Shown: positions 7,787 through 15,801, numbered from the stretch's first letter. The stretch: DNA of 15,965 nucleotides from a bacterium (GCA_041946805.1 JBHGBC010000144.1:1-15965), one strand, 5' to 3'. The notes: generated by a model from the sequence alone, not told the origin. Program-made: numbers and translations.

Positions 7787-7803
7787 AAATATCAAGAACA
7801 TAT

Positions 7804-7832
7804 ATTTAACTTCCCCGATTCCCTCTCATCAA
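7804..7832 (-). promoter_or_regulatory. Putative promoter for rpsF-ssb-rpsR-rpsT
   Basis: Minus strand TTGATG-N17-TTAAAT, with AT-rich sequence upstream. Confidence 0.45.
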
Positions 7833-7983
7833 GGGATATGAAAGAGGAAAGTCATTTTCAATCTTGAAATTTGGCGAAAGGGGACGATCACCGATCTTTC
7901 ACACGGCCTCTGGAAAAACGGCCGGGGAACCGAACCGCCGATTCGTCACCAATTCCTCTCTGGCTGGGTGGTTGATCAATCCT

Positions 7984-8538
7984 TCACCGGTTGAAGAGAT
8001 TCATGGCCTTGTCGATATCGTCCGTGATGATCGTTTCCACCGCCTGAGCCGCGCGGTCCAGGGCTTCTTCCATCACATCCCGTTCCTTGCTTGTGAACGG
8101 CTGGAGGACGAATTCAACCCAATCTTCATCCGCCCCGCCCAGGCCCAGGCGCAGGCGGGCGATTTCTTCCGTGCCCGCCGCCTCCAGGATCGAACGCAAG
8201 CCGTTGTGCCCCCCGTCGCTCCCCCTTTTCCGGATGCGGATCTTGCCGAGCGGCAGGCTGAAATCATCCAGGAGCACGAGGGTCTTCTCGCGGGTGATGT
8301 CCGGGTCCTTGAGCAGGCGGCTATAGGCCTGGCCGGACCGGTTCATGAACGTCATGGGCTTCACCAGCAAGACCGGCGTATCCCGCCAGTCTCCCGATCC
8401 GAACCAAAAGGAAGGCCCCTGCAGCGTGACGGGTATGTTCCAGCGGGAAGAAAGCCGGTCGATGAGATCGAAACCCGCGTTGTGGCGGGTCGACTGGAAA
8501 CGTTCCCCCGGATTGCCCAATCCCAGTATGCACCACAT
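7984..8538 (-). CDS. pth: Peptidyl-tRNA hydrolase
   Basis: GLGNPG..TRHNAGF, KPMTFMNRSG, DD, GSDGGHNGLRSI, RLRLGLG. Confidence 0.98.
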   Translation of the reverse strand: MWCILGLGNPGERFQSTRHNAGFDLIDRLSSRWNIPVTLQGPSFWFGSGDWRDTPVLLVKPMTFMNRSGQAYSRLLKDPDITREKTLVLLDDFSLPLGKIRIRKRGSDGGHNGLRSILEAAGTEEIARLRLGLGGADEDWVEFVLQPFTSKERDVMEEALDRAAQAVETIITDDIDKAMNLFNR

Positions 8539-8553
8539 CCTGGATCCCGGAGG

Positions 8554-9210
8554 TTAATCCGCCTTCTTTTCTCCGCCTTCTTCGTCTTGACCTTCCTTGG
8601 CTTCTCCTTCTTCCGCCACGGCCTGGACAGCGGCGGGAGCCACTTCGATCTTGGGCGCGGCCACGACGACCAGGGCCAGTTCGGGAGAAGTCAGGATGGT
8701 GTAGCGCGGATCCTTGGGCAGGTCGGACACATGCAGGGATTGGCCGATGCCCAGGCCGGAGACGTCTAATTCCAATTTATCGGGAATATCCAACGGCAAG
8801 CATTGGATCTGAACTTCGCGGATCATCAATTCCAGGATGCCGCCCTCCCGGACACCGTGGGCGGAGCCAGTGGCGTGCACCGGGACCGTGGTGACAATGG
8901 GCCGGTCGGCGGAGACGCGCAAGAAGTCGCAGTGCATCAGCACGCCGGAGACGGGATGATGCTGCGCCTCCCGGACCAGGGCCAGGGTCTTATCGTCTTC
9001 CCCTTCCATAATCAAGTTGACCAGGATGTTTTCACCCTCGCCGCTGGATTTGAAGGATTTCTCCAGGGTTCGGCGGTCCACGGAAACCGGGATGGCGTTT
9101 TTCTGTTCGCCATAGAGAACACCGGGGATCTTGCCGGCTCTCCGGGTGGAGCGGGCCGCTCCCTTGCCGGTGGCGCCGCGTTTTTCAATGACAATATCCA
9201 CAAGTTTCAT
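8554..9210 (-). CDS. rplY: 50S ribosomal protein L25/Ctc (long form)
   Basis: GKGAARSTRRAGKIPGVLYG, QHHPV...HCDF, GVREGGIL, IGQSLHVSDL. Confidence 0.97.
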   Translation of the reverse strand: MKLVDIVIEKRGATGKGAARSTRRAGKIPGVLYGEQKNAIPVSVDRRTLEKSFKSSGEGENILVNLIMEGEDDKTLALVREAQHHPVSGVLMHCDFLRVSADRPIVTTVPVHATGSAHGVREGGILELMIREVQIQCLPLDIPDKLELDVSGLGIGQSLHVSDLPKDPRYTILTSPELALVVVAAPKIEVAPAAVQAVAEEGEAKEGQDEEGGEKKAD

Positions 9211-9241
9211 CGTATCTCTCCCTGCGGTCGAATTTTCAAGT

Positions 9242-10291
9242 TCATTTGGCCTTTTTGGCGTGCGCGTACACGATTTCGCCGTGCTGCAAATTGGCGAACG
9301 GCCCGATGCTCATGCCCGGCGGGATGGAGCATCCCCGGAGATACGAGCTGTTGATATGCGTGCGTTCTCCGATTTCGGAATCGTAGATTTGGGTCAAGGG
9401 GCCGATCACGCAGCCGGTTCCGATGACCGTGTTGCCATAAATGCAGGTATTGGGTTCGATGATGGCGTCGATGCCGATGGTCACGCTGTCGTCGATAAAC
9501 GTGCTGGCGGGATCGACGATGGTGACGCCGGAGAGCATGAGGCGCTCCAGAATACGGTCGCGCATGATCCGTTCGGCCTTCGCGAACTGGACGCGGTCGT
9601 TAATCCCCATGGTCTCGGAAGGGTCCTTGGTGACGTAGGCCTCCACCCGTTTCTTTTCCGACACCATGATTTGAATGACATCGGTCAGGTAATATTCGCC
9701 TTGTTCATTGTTCGGCTTGATATTCTCGAGCGCCTTGAACAGGTCGCGGCAATCGAAAACGTAGGTTCCCGTGTTGACTTCGTTGATTTTCTTCTCGTAG
9801 ATGTTCGCGTCCTTGTCCTCGACGATGGACATGACGGTATGGTCCTGGTGGCGCAGGATCCGGCCGTAGCCCGCCGGCTTTTTCATGCGCGTGGTGAGGA
9901 CGGTCGCCGAGGCGTCCTGGTGCCGGTGGCGTTCGATCAGTTTTTCGATGGTTCCCCGGGACAACAGGGGCGCGTCCCCCACCAGGATGAGGATGTCGCC
10001 GCCGAAGTCCGCGAACAGGTCTTTGGTCATCATGACGGCGTGGCCGGTTCCCTGGCGCTTTTCCTGGAGGGCGAATTCCACCTGAAAGGTTTGCAGGGCT
10101 TCTTTTACCATTTCGTGAGCGAATCCGACTACCACCGCTTGCTTGTAATCCACCAGCCCGTCGATGGTGCGCAGGATGTGCTCGATCATGGGGCGGCCGC
10201 AGATCCGGTGCAACGCCTTGGGAAAATTCGACCGCAGGCGTTTGCCGTCACCCGCCGCCAAAATAATGGAACCCAATGATTTCGTTGACAT
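9242..10291 (-). CDS. glmU: GlmU-like N-acetylglucosamine-1-phosphate uridyltransferase with truncated LbH domain (349 aa)
   Basis: ILAAGDGKRLRS..PKALH, GTGHAV, GDAPL, GYGRI, EVNTGTY, NEQGEYYLTD, GINDR, GVTIVDP. Ends shortly after IGPFANL. Confidence 0.9.
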   Translation of the reverse strand: MSTKSLGSIILAAGDGKRLRSNFPKALHRICGRPMIEHILRTIDGLVDYKQAVVVGFAHEMVKEALQTFQVEFALQEKRQGTGHAVMMTKDLFADFGGDILILVGDAPLLSRGTIEKLIERHRHQDASATVLTTRMKKPAGYGRILRHQDHTVMSIVEDKDANIYEKKINEVNTGTYVFDCRDLFKALENIKPNNEQGEYYLTDVIQIMVSEKKRVEAYVTKDPSETMGINDRVQFAKAERIMRDRILERLMLSGVTIVDPASTFIDDSVTIGIDAIIEPNTCIYGNTVIGTGCVIGPLTQIYDSEIGERTHINSSYLRGCSIPPGMSIGPFANLQHGEIVYAHAKKAK

Positions 10292-10344
10292 GCGTCTATA
10301 CCGAAATACCTTTCCGCCTGAGGGTTAGGAACCATCATAAGCAT

Positions 10345-10390
10345 AAAAAAAAGCCCGTGGGGCATCCTGCGGCCGGAACCCAGGAAGGGC
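10345..10390 (-). terminator. Hairpin plus U8 tract upstream of glmU (terminator or attenuator)
   Basis: Minus strand GCCCTTCCTGGGTTCCGGCCGCAGGATGCCCCACGGGC-TTTTTTTT. Confidence 0.55.
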
Positions 10391-10584
10391 AACTCCATAT
10401 TCTTGTCACAACGGATTGAATGGTCAAGGGTAATCAATCGGCATGCCCGGCGCGTGTAAGTTTTAGAGCGGATTCAGTGCAACGAAATCCGCCACGATGA
10501 GAGGGAAGGGTGGGCTCAAGGCGCGGCGCAGGCCACCACCTTGAACGCCATTTCTCCGAAAAAAGGGTTACCTCACTCTTCCGG

Positions 10585-10623
10585 TTCCCTCGCTCCTCAT
10601 GAGAGAAGGGTAGGGTGAGGGGG
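10585..10623 (+). repeat. Degenerate copy of the 35-bp core
   Basis: TTCCCTCGCTCCTCATGAGAGAAGGGTAGGGTGAGGGGG. Confidence 0.65.
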
Positions 10624-10768
10624 CTATTGCGGAGGCGGATCTTCTCCTTGTGGCGCAGGCATCTTGCCTGCCTCCTCAAGAAGGGAATCCTGGTCTTCAC
10701 CCGGCTATGTCCATAATCACCGTTTCTACTTCCTGAACTCCCTTTTCCAATCCGGCATATCGCTCCCT

Positions 10769-11860
10769 TCATGCTCCGTTCATCATTGCCATCAGCCAGT
10801 CCGCCGCCACCCGGCCTCCATCCAGGCTGACTGAATCAACTCCTGAGGGAGATGGTTTTCTCTCCTGATCTTCATATAAATCATAGAGAAAATCCCAATT
10901 CCCCGAGAGCAGATCCTTTTCGGAAATGGGGTACAGGGGAACATAACATCGCGTTTCCCGTTCTAAAATCTCATGCTCGAGAAAGTCCGCCCGGGGCGGA
11001 TGGGCGATTGGAACCCGGTGCGCGATGCACTCGGTGACGATGCCATACCCCAGCTTGGCCAGGACGAGATCGGACGCGCGGACCGCGTCGGGATGATAAA
11101 CCGTTTGAGAATCCAGCAATCGGACATTGGCGGGCCCAGCGAGTTGCGGATCAAAGGTAAGGAACGTGATGTCCCCGTACCGGGCGGGATGCTCGGCCCG
11201 CAGCCCTTGTAAACCCATTCCTCCGAAGGAGATCAACACCGCCCGGGCATCGGGAGGAACACCGAACTTCGCGCGGGCCGCCTCCCGGCTCAGACGGGAC
11301 CGCCGCACGATGAGCGGAACGTCCCGAATGACCGGAAACACGGAAAGATCGCCAGCCAGGGGCGTGCGGAGCAGCAACCGTGCCTCCCGGTAATAGGAAG
11401 CGATTGCGTCGATGATCGTTCGAAATTCGGGTTGTGTATCCGAAAACGCGGTGAAGATCCAATCCCACGTGAAATTGGCGGTGATCACCGAGGGAATCCC
11501 GGCCGCCCGCGCCGCGGCGATGGTGAACGGCGACACGTCCCCCGCCGCCAGGCGCACTTTTTCGTCAAGGATGCGATCCGCCTCGGCCCGGGCCATCGCG
11601 GGATACTCCTCGAGCAGTTGCGTCCAACGCTGGCAGGTGCGGCCCACGTCCTGGCGCAATGAATCCTTCTGGATGATGCCGGGATCGTGAAACAGTTCCT
11701 GGTACCGGTAGGCACGGTACACCGACTTTTTGAAAAGCCACTCGGGAACCTGGGTGATAATCTCCACCTCCACCGATTCAGGCAGATGATTGATCACCTC
11801 GATCGCCCGCGTGGCATGTCCGAAGCCATGTCCCGATATGTAATAGTTGATTTTTGCCAT
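10769..11860 (-). CDS. GT-B fold glycosyltransferase-like protein (resembles the N-terminal domain of plant L-arabinokinase)
   Basis: YYISGHGFGHATR, ANFTWDWIF, VLISFGGMG, DLVLAKLGYGIVTEC, R.DF.E. Start set at ATG 11860. Confidence 0.8.
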   Translation of the reverse strand: MAKINYYISGHGFGHATRAIEVINHLPESVEVEIITQVPEWLFKKSVYRAYRYQELFHDPGIIQKDSLRQDVGRTCQRWTQLLEEYPAMARAEADRILDEKVRLAAGDVSPFTIAAARAAGIPSVITANFTWDWIFTAFSDTQPEFRTIIDAIASYYREARLLLRTPLAGDLSVFPVIRDVPLIVRRSRLSREAARAKFGVPPDARAVLISFGGMGLQGLRAEHPARYGDITFLTFDPQLAGPANVRLLDSQTVYHPDAVRASDLVLAKLGYGIVTECIAHRVPIAHPPRADFLEHEILERETRCYVPLYPISEKDLLSGNWDFLYDLYEDQERKPSPSGVDSVSLDGGRVAADWLMAMMNGA

Positions 11861-11920
11861 GCCGCTATTGTATTGGCGCGGGAGAAAAACCGAATGGGCG
11901 GAGAACGGAGAACAAGTCGG

Positions 11921-12052
11921 TTCGTGGACGCCGGCGCGTACGCCACCTGCCAAGGCCCGCTGTTTCGTAACATCCGGCGGGAAGGAGTCTTGATTTGACG
12001 CCGGAAAAAACGGATTTACTGCTCAAAGCTTCGAAAAGTCTTCAAGCCGCCC
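11921..12052 (+). pseudogene. Remnant of the junction of an MNT nucleotidyltransferase / HEPN toxin-antitoxin pair
   Basis: FVDAGAYATCQGPLFRNIRREGVLI* (MNT-like C-terminus, stop at 11998) overlaps TTG-TPEKTDLLLKASKSLQAA (HEPN-like N-terminus, start 11995). AAGGAG RBS lies 7 nt upstream. Confidence 0.6.
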
Positions 12053-13480
12053 TCACTCCCCCGGCTCGCGATAATGGTTCAAGATCAACCAAGGATCCTG
12101 GGTGTTCTTCCGGAACGCCAGGGTTTTTTCTCGAAGTTCATTCAAGACATCACTGTATTTCCGGCCGCGGGCCAGGTTCTTGACCTCATCGGGATCGTTT
12201 TCCAGGTCGTACAGTTCCTCGGCGGGACGGTGCAAGAAATCCCGCAGCCGCCGCTTGCCGTATTTCCAATTGAGTCCCCGGTGGCTTTCCAAAACACCTT
12301 GCCAGGTGGCCGAACGGTATAGATCGCTAGCGAACGGAAACGGCAATTCATGCGCCAGATTATTGATGTATTTAAACTTACGAGTGCGTATGCCCCGCGC
12401 CGGGTAGTACATGGTGACTTCATGAAACGTATGCGAAAAATAGATCTCATCCCACCCTTCCGGATTCTCCTGCTGCAGGATGGGAAGAAACGAGCGGCCA
12501 TGGAGCGCATATTTCGGCGGCACGCTCGACCCCGTCCACTCCAGGATGGTGGGCATTATATCGGTGAAAGAGACCATGGCGTGGTTCACCAATCCCTTCC
12601 GGCTTTGGTCCGGTGAGCGGACCAGGAGCGGCAGCCGGATGCCGGGATCGTACAGGCTGGTCTTGGCGCCGGGGAAAGGGATGCCGTTGTCGCTCAAAAA
12701 AATGACAAGCGTGTCTTGCTCCCGCCCGGCTTCGCGCAGCGCTTGGAGGATCAATCCCACGCCGTGATCCATGCGGCTGGCCGACTGGTAATACTCGGCC
12801 AACTCCCGCCGCGTCTCGGGCCAGCCGGGGAGAAAAGAAGGCACAATCACCTCTTCGGGAGAATAAATCACCGGTTTGACTTCGGATTTGTTGTCCTCAT
12901 TGCCAAAGCCCTTCTCGCTGCGGTGGGGATCACCGAATCCCACGAGGAGAAAGAAGGGTTTTTCCCGATTCGTCTCGAAAAACCGCTTCGCCTGCGCGGC
13001 CAGGGCGGTGACATTCCGAGTGCTGACCGTGGGCGCGAAATCGAAGGGAAACACTTCCGGCGGCCCCACATGCAGCTTGCCCACCACGCCCGTGGCGTAC
13101 CCGCGTTCCTGGAGAATCCGGGGAAGCGAAAGCACCCAGGGGAAAGCGGCAAAATGGTGGTAATCGTGCATGAGGCCATAGAGGCCGTTGCGGTGATTGT
13201 GCAGCCCGGTGAGGATCACGGACCGGCTGGCGGTGCAGCTGGGGGTGGTGCAATAAGCATTGGTGAACCGGACTCCCTCGGACGCGAGCCGCTCCAGGTT
13301 GGGGGTGAGAATCACGGGATTCCCGTAGCTGGGCATATCGCGGCCCAGATCGTCGGCGATCAGGAGGAGGACGTTGCGGGCCGGGGAGGGCGCGGCTTCC
13401 GGCGCGGCAATGGACGGCCGCGGCAAGCCGGCGGCCGCCAGGCACAACAGTAACCACTCTCGGCGGGATATATGTTCCAC
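12053..13480 (-). CDS. Tat-exported formylglycine-dependent sulfatase, N-sulfoglucosamine sulfohydrolase-like
   Basis: Twin-arginine SRREWL, NVLLLIADDLG, CTASR...LTG signature, GKLH, DPHR, SDNG.PFPGAK, EELYDLENDPDE. GTG start with GGAGG upstream. Confidence 0.93.
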   Translation of the reverse strand: MEHISRREWLLLCLAAAGLPRPSIAAPEAAPSPARNVLLLIADDLGRDMPSYGNPVILTPNLERLASEGVRFTNAYCTTPSCTASRSVILTGLHNHRNGLYGLMHDYHHFAAFPWVLSLPRILQERGYATGVVGKLHVGPPEVFPFDFAPTVSTRNVTALAAQAKRFFETNREKPFFLLVGFGDPHRSEKGFGNEDNKSEVKPVIYSPEEVIVPSFLPGWPETRRELAEYYQSASRMDHGVGLILQALREAGREQDTLVIFLSDNGIPFPGAKTSLYDPGIRLPLLVRSPDQSRKGLVNHAMVSFTDIMPTILEWTGSSVPPKYALHGRSFLPILQQENPEGWDEIYFSHTFHEVTMYYPARGIRTRKFKYINNLAHELPFPFASDLYRSATWQGVLESHRGLNWKYGKRRLRDFLHRPAEELYDLENDPDEVKNLARGRKYSDVLNELREKTLAFRKNTQDPWLILNHYREPGE

Positions 13481-13516
13481 GATGCGTTCATCCTCCGCTA
13501 TATATTTAGAAAGAAA

Positions 13517-13726
13517 GGTTCATCCGAGAAGTGCGTACATAATGAGGTAAAATCGATTCCATTCACTCCGGGATGAGGGTGAACACCAAGGTCCGCCCCG
13601 GCTGAAAAACCCTCACCCTAGCCCTCTCCCAGAGGGAGAGGGAATTGTGGGGGTGGTTTTCATCGATCACTTCGAAGAGATGCGAACCGGCGATCTGAAA
13701 AAAGGCACGCATTTGCCGGATGAGCC
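13517..13726. mobile_element. MITE-like element, copy C (210 bp, reverse orientation)
   Basis: Ends GGTTCATCCGAGAAGTGCGTAC (13517-13538) and GCACGCATTTGCCGGATGAGCC (13705-13726), core at 13610-13644. The reverse complement is colinear with copy D. Confidence 0.8.
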
Positions 13727-13809
13727 AAAAGCAATCTCGATTTTTCACCCTTGAAAAATCATAGGACATCCTGGGACGCCTGCCTAGCGAAGAAGAATAA
13801 ATGGAGAAC

Positions 13810-13840
13810 GCAGGGTGGGTTGAGCGTGGCGAAACCCACC
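13810..13840 (+). repeat. GTAG-family-like REP palindrome
   Basis: GCAGGGTGGGTTGAGCGTGGCGAAACCCACC, with a GGTGGGTT/AACCCACC stem. Confidence 0.65.
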
Positions 13841-13903
13841 TCTTTCATCCCTGCTCTTGCTCCTTTACCCCGGCGAAAGGAAATAAATCAGGGCATGCAA
13901 AAA

Positions 13904-13931
13904 GAAGGGGCACGTTGCAATGTGCCCCTTC
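13904..13931. repeat. REP-like palindrome
   Basis: GAAGGGGCACGTTGCAATGTGCCCCTTC, 28 bp with one mismatched pair; relative at 3743-3770. Confidence 0.75.
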
Positions 13932-14023
13932 CAGGACATCGAAAGCGAAGGACATGATTTCCAATGAACGGAAGATAGATTCACGCGCGGCGGGTGATCC
14001 ATCAAAATCACGAACAGATTCTG

Positions 14024-14845
14024 TTATTCCGTCTTGCCTTGGGCGATGCTCTCGGTCTGGGGTTTTTCCAAAGCCCAATCGATCGCGTTGATGAGCAGGG
14101 TGCGGAAGTTTTTCTGAATGAAGTCATCCGGCTTGCCAAGCGAAGTATAAAATACTTTGCGGCCTTCTTTTTCCAGAATCCAAGCCACGGGATTATCAAC
14201 CCGCTCCTTTTTGTTGATGGGGCCCACCGCCTTGCCCATCAGCAGCGGCTTGGCCTCCGGATCCAAGGGCAGAACCTGGCACAAGCTGCAACGGGACACG
14301 AATTTGGGACTCACCCCTTTGAGGATGGGATGCTTGGCCATTTCGGGAACCACCGTGATTTCGGTGGTGGACTTGCCGCCATATTCGAACTGCCAGCCCG
14401 GCGTGCCCAGGTATTGAGTAGCGAAATCCTTCCAACCCAGTTCGGGTTTCGCTTTGTTGTAAAAGGCCTCGGTCGAAGCGCGCAGTGCGATCAGGGGCCG
14501 GCCCTTGGCCAGATATTGCTTGATTTTATCCATCTGGTCCTCGGGCAACTCCCGGCCGCGCAGGAACATGACCACCAGGTCGGCGGACACCAAGGCGTTC
14601 AATCCCGGCAAATCGTTGGGGCTGGTGGACATCAGCAAGGTGCAGCGCATGCCCCGCTTGAGATCCAGAAACTCCGTGATCTTCGGAATCGTCTGGCTGG
14701 CTTGATTCTCCTTTTCGCCCACGAGAAACACCACATGCGGCGGCTTGGGGGAAAACGCGGCTTCCTCGGCCGCTTCCACGGCCGCCGCCCCACTCCAAAG
14801 CACCCCAACCACCATGAACCACCGTAACAACGATTCCCTCAACAT
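14024..14845 (-). CDS. Secreted ThuA-like (trehalose utilisation, class I GATase-like fold) domain protein
   Basis: Signal peptide; HVVFLVGE, ADLVVMFLR, GRPLIALR, HPILKGV, PVAW, GRKVFYTSLG.PDDF...LLINAIDWAL. AAGGAG RBS. Confidence 0.85.
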   Translation of the reverse strand: MLRESLLRWFMVVGVLWSGAAAVEAAEEAAFSPKPPHVVFLVGEKENQASQTIPKITEFLDLKRGMRCTLLMSTSPNDLPGLNALVSADLVVMFLRGRELPEDQMDKIKQYLAKGRPLIALRASTEAFYNKAKPELGWKDFATQYLGTPGWQFEYGGKSTTEITVVPEMAKHPILKGVSPKFVSRCSLCQVLPLDPEAKPLLMGKAVGPINKKERVDNPVAWILEKEGRKVFYTSLGKPDDFIQKNFRTLLINAIDWALEKPQTESIAQGKTE

Positions 14846-15054
14846 GGCATCGACTCCTTGCTTGAGATCCAGTGGATCCTATGTCACTCCTGATGATCCC
14901 AGGTCATAAAAAAATGGTTCGGATACCTTAGCATTTTAATTATCGGAAAGTCCAGAGCCGGGTTAAGGGAATTCCTTGATTTGCCTTCCGGAAAGCTCGA
15001 CAATGAAGCGGTTTAATCCGACTCCAAAACCGAATACGAGATAGGAGATCCAAA

Positions 15055-15801
15055 ATGCGGAGAACCGTGACGATCGGGATTATGCTGACCGGCTTGTTGG
15101 TGCTGGCGCCGGGAACGGCGCTGTTTGCCGCCGAGACGCGCGGCCCCGCGCCTGTCCCCTTGTTCAATGGGAAAGACTTGTCCGGCTGGAAGGCCATGCA
15201 AGAACCGGGCGAATGGCTGGCCGCCGGCCAGGTGGCCATGAGCCCGAAAAACAACAAGGTGTTCGACATCCAGCCCGGGACCGGCATTCTGGTCAACGGA
15301 CCCAAGGGCAACACCAGCAACATCTACACCGGGTATCAGCATGGCGATTGCCAGCTGCATATCGAATTCGTGGTCCCCAAGGATTCCAACTCCGGTGTGT
15401 ATTTCCAGGGATTGTATGAAATCCAGATTCTGGACAGTTTTGGAAAAGAAAAACTGGAATTCGGGGATTGCGGCGGCATCTACGCCCGCTACCAGGACGA
15501 GAAGACCTACGAGGGGCATCCTCCCCGCGTGAACGCCAGCAAGGCTCCGGGCGAATGGCAATCCTTCGATGTCACTTTCCGCGCCCCCCGCTTCGACGCG
15601 AACGGCAAGAAAACCGAAAACGCCAAGTTTATCCTGGTCAAGCATAACGGTCAAATCGTTCACGAGAACGTGGAAGTCACCGGCGGCACCCGCGCCTGCA
15701 TGGAACGGGACGAAGCGCCCCTGGGCCCCCTCATGCTCCAGGGCGACCACGGCCCCGTGGCGTACCGGAACATCCAATTGACGCCGTTGAAATTGAAGTG
15801 A
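15055..15801 (+). CDS. Secreted DUF1080 (3-keto-disaccharide hydrolase family) protein
   Basis: Signal peptide; LFNGKDLSGW, LHIEF, NSGVY, YEIQILDS, GEWQSFDVTF, LQGDHGPVAYRNI. AGGAG RBS. Confidence 0.93.
   Translation: MRRTVTIGIMLTGLLVLAPGTALFAAETRGPAPVPLFNGKDLSGWKAMQEPGEWLAAGQVAMSPKNNKVFDIQPGTGILVNGPKGNTSNIYTGYQHGDCQLHIEFVVPKDSNSGVYFQGLYEIQILDSFGKEKLEFGDCGGIYARYQDEKTYEGHPPRVNASKAPGEWQSFDVTFRAPRFDANGKKTENAKFILVKHNGQIVHENVEVTGGTRACMERDEAPLGPLMLQGDHGPVAYRNIQLTPLKLK

Noticed and set aside
7864..10279. Long + strand ORFs (7864-8769, 8803-9354, 9131-10279)
   Set aside because: Antisense to pth, rplY and glmU; no family features.
10557..10584. Possible decayed MITE end next to the degenerate core
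   Set aside because: Only loose similarity to 1407-1430, needing gaps, and no partner end found.
10434..10772. 112-aa ORF downstream of the GT-B gene
   Set aside because: Runs through degenerate repeats with no motif. Its start overlaps the upstream stop, so it is not fully excluded.
13563..13769. 68-aa ORF containing SLSLWERARVR
   Set aside because: Translation of the repeat element; not a transposase or a credible gene.
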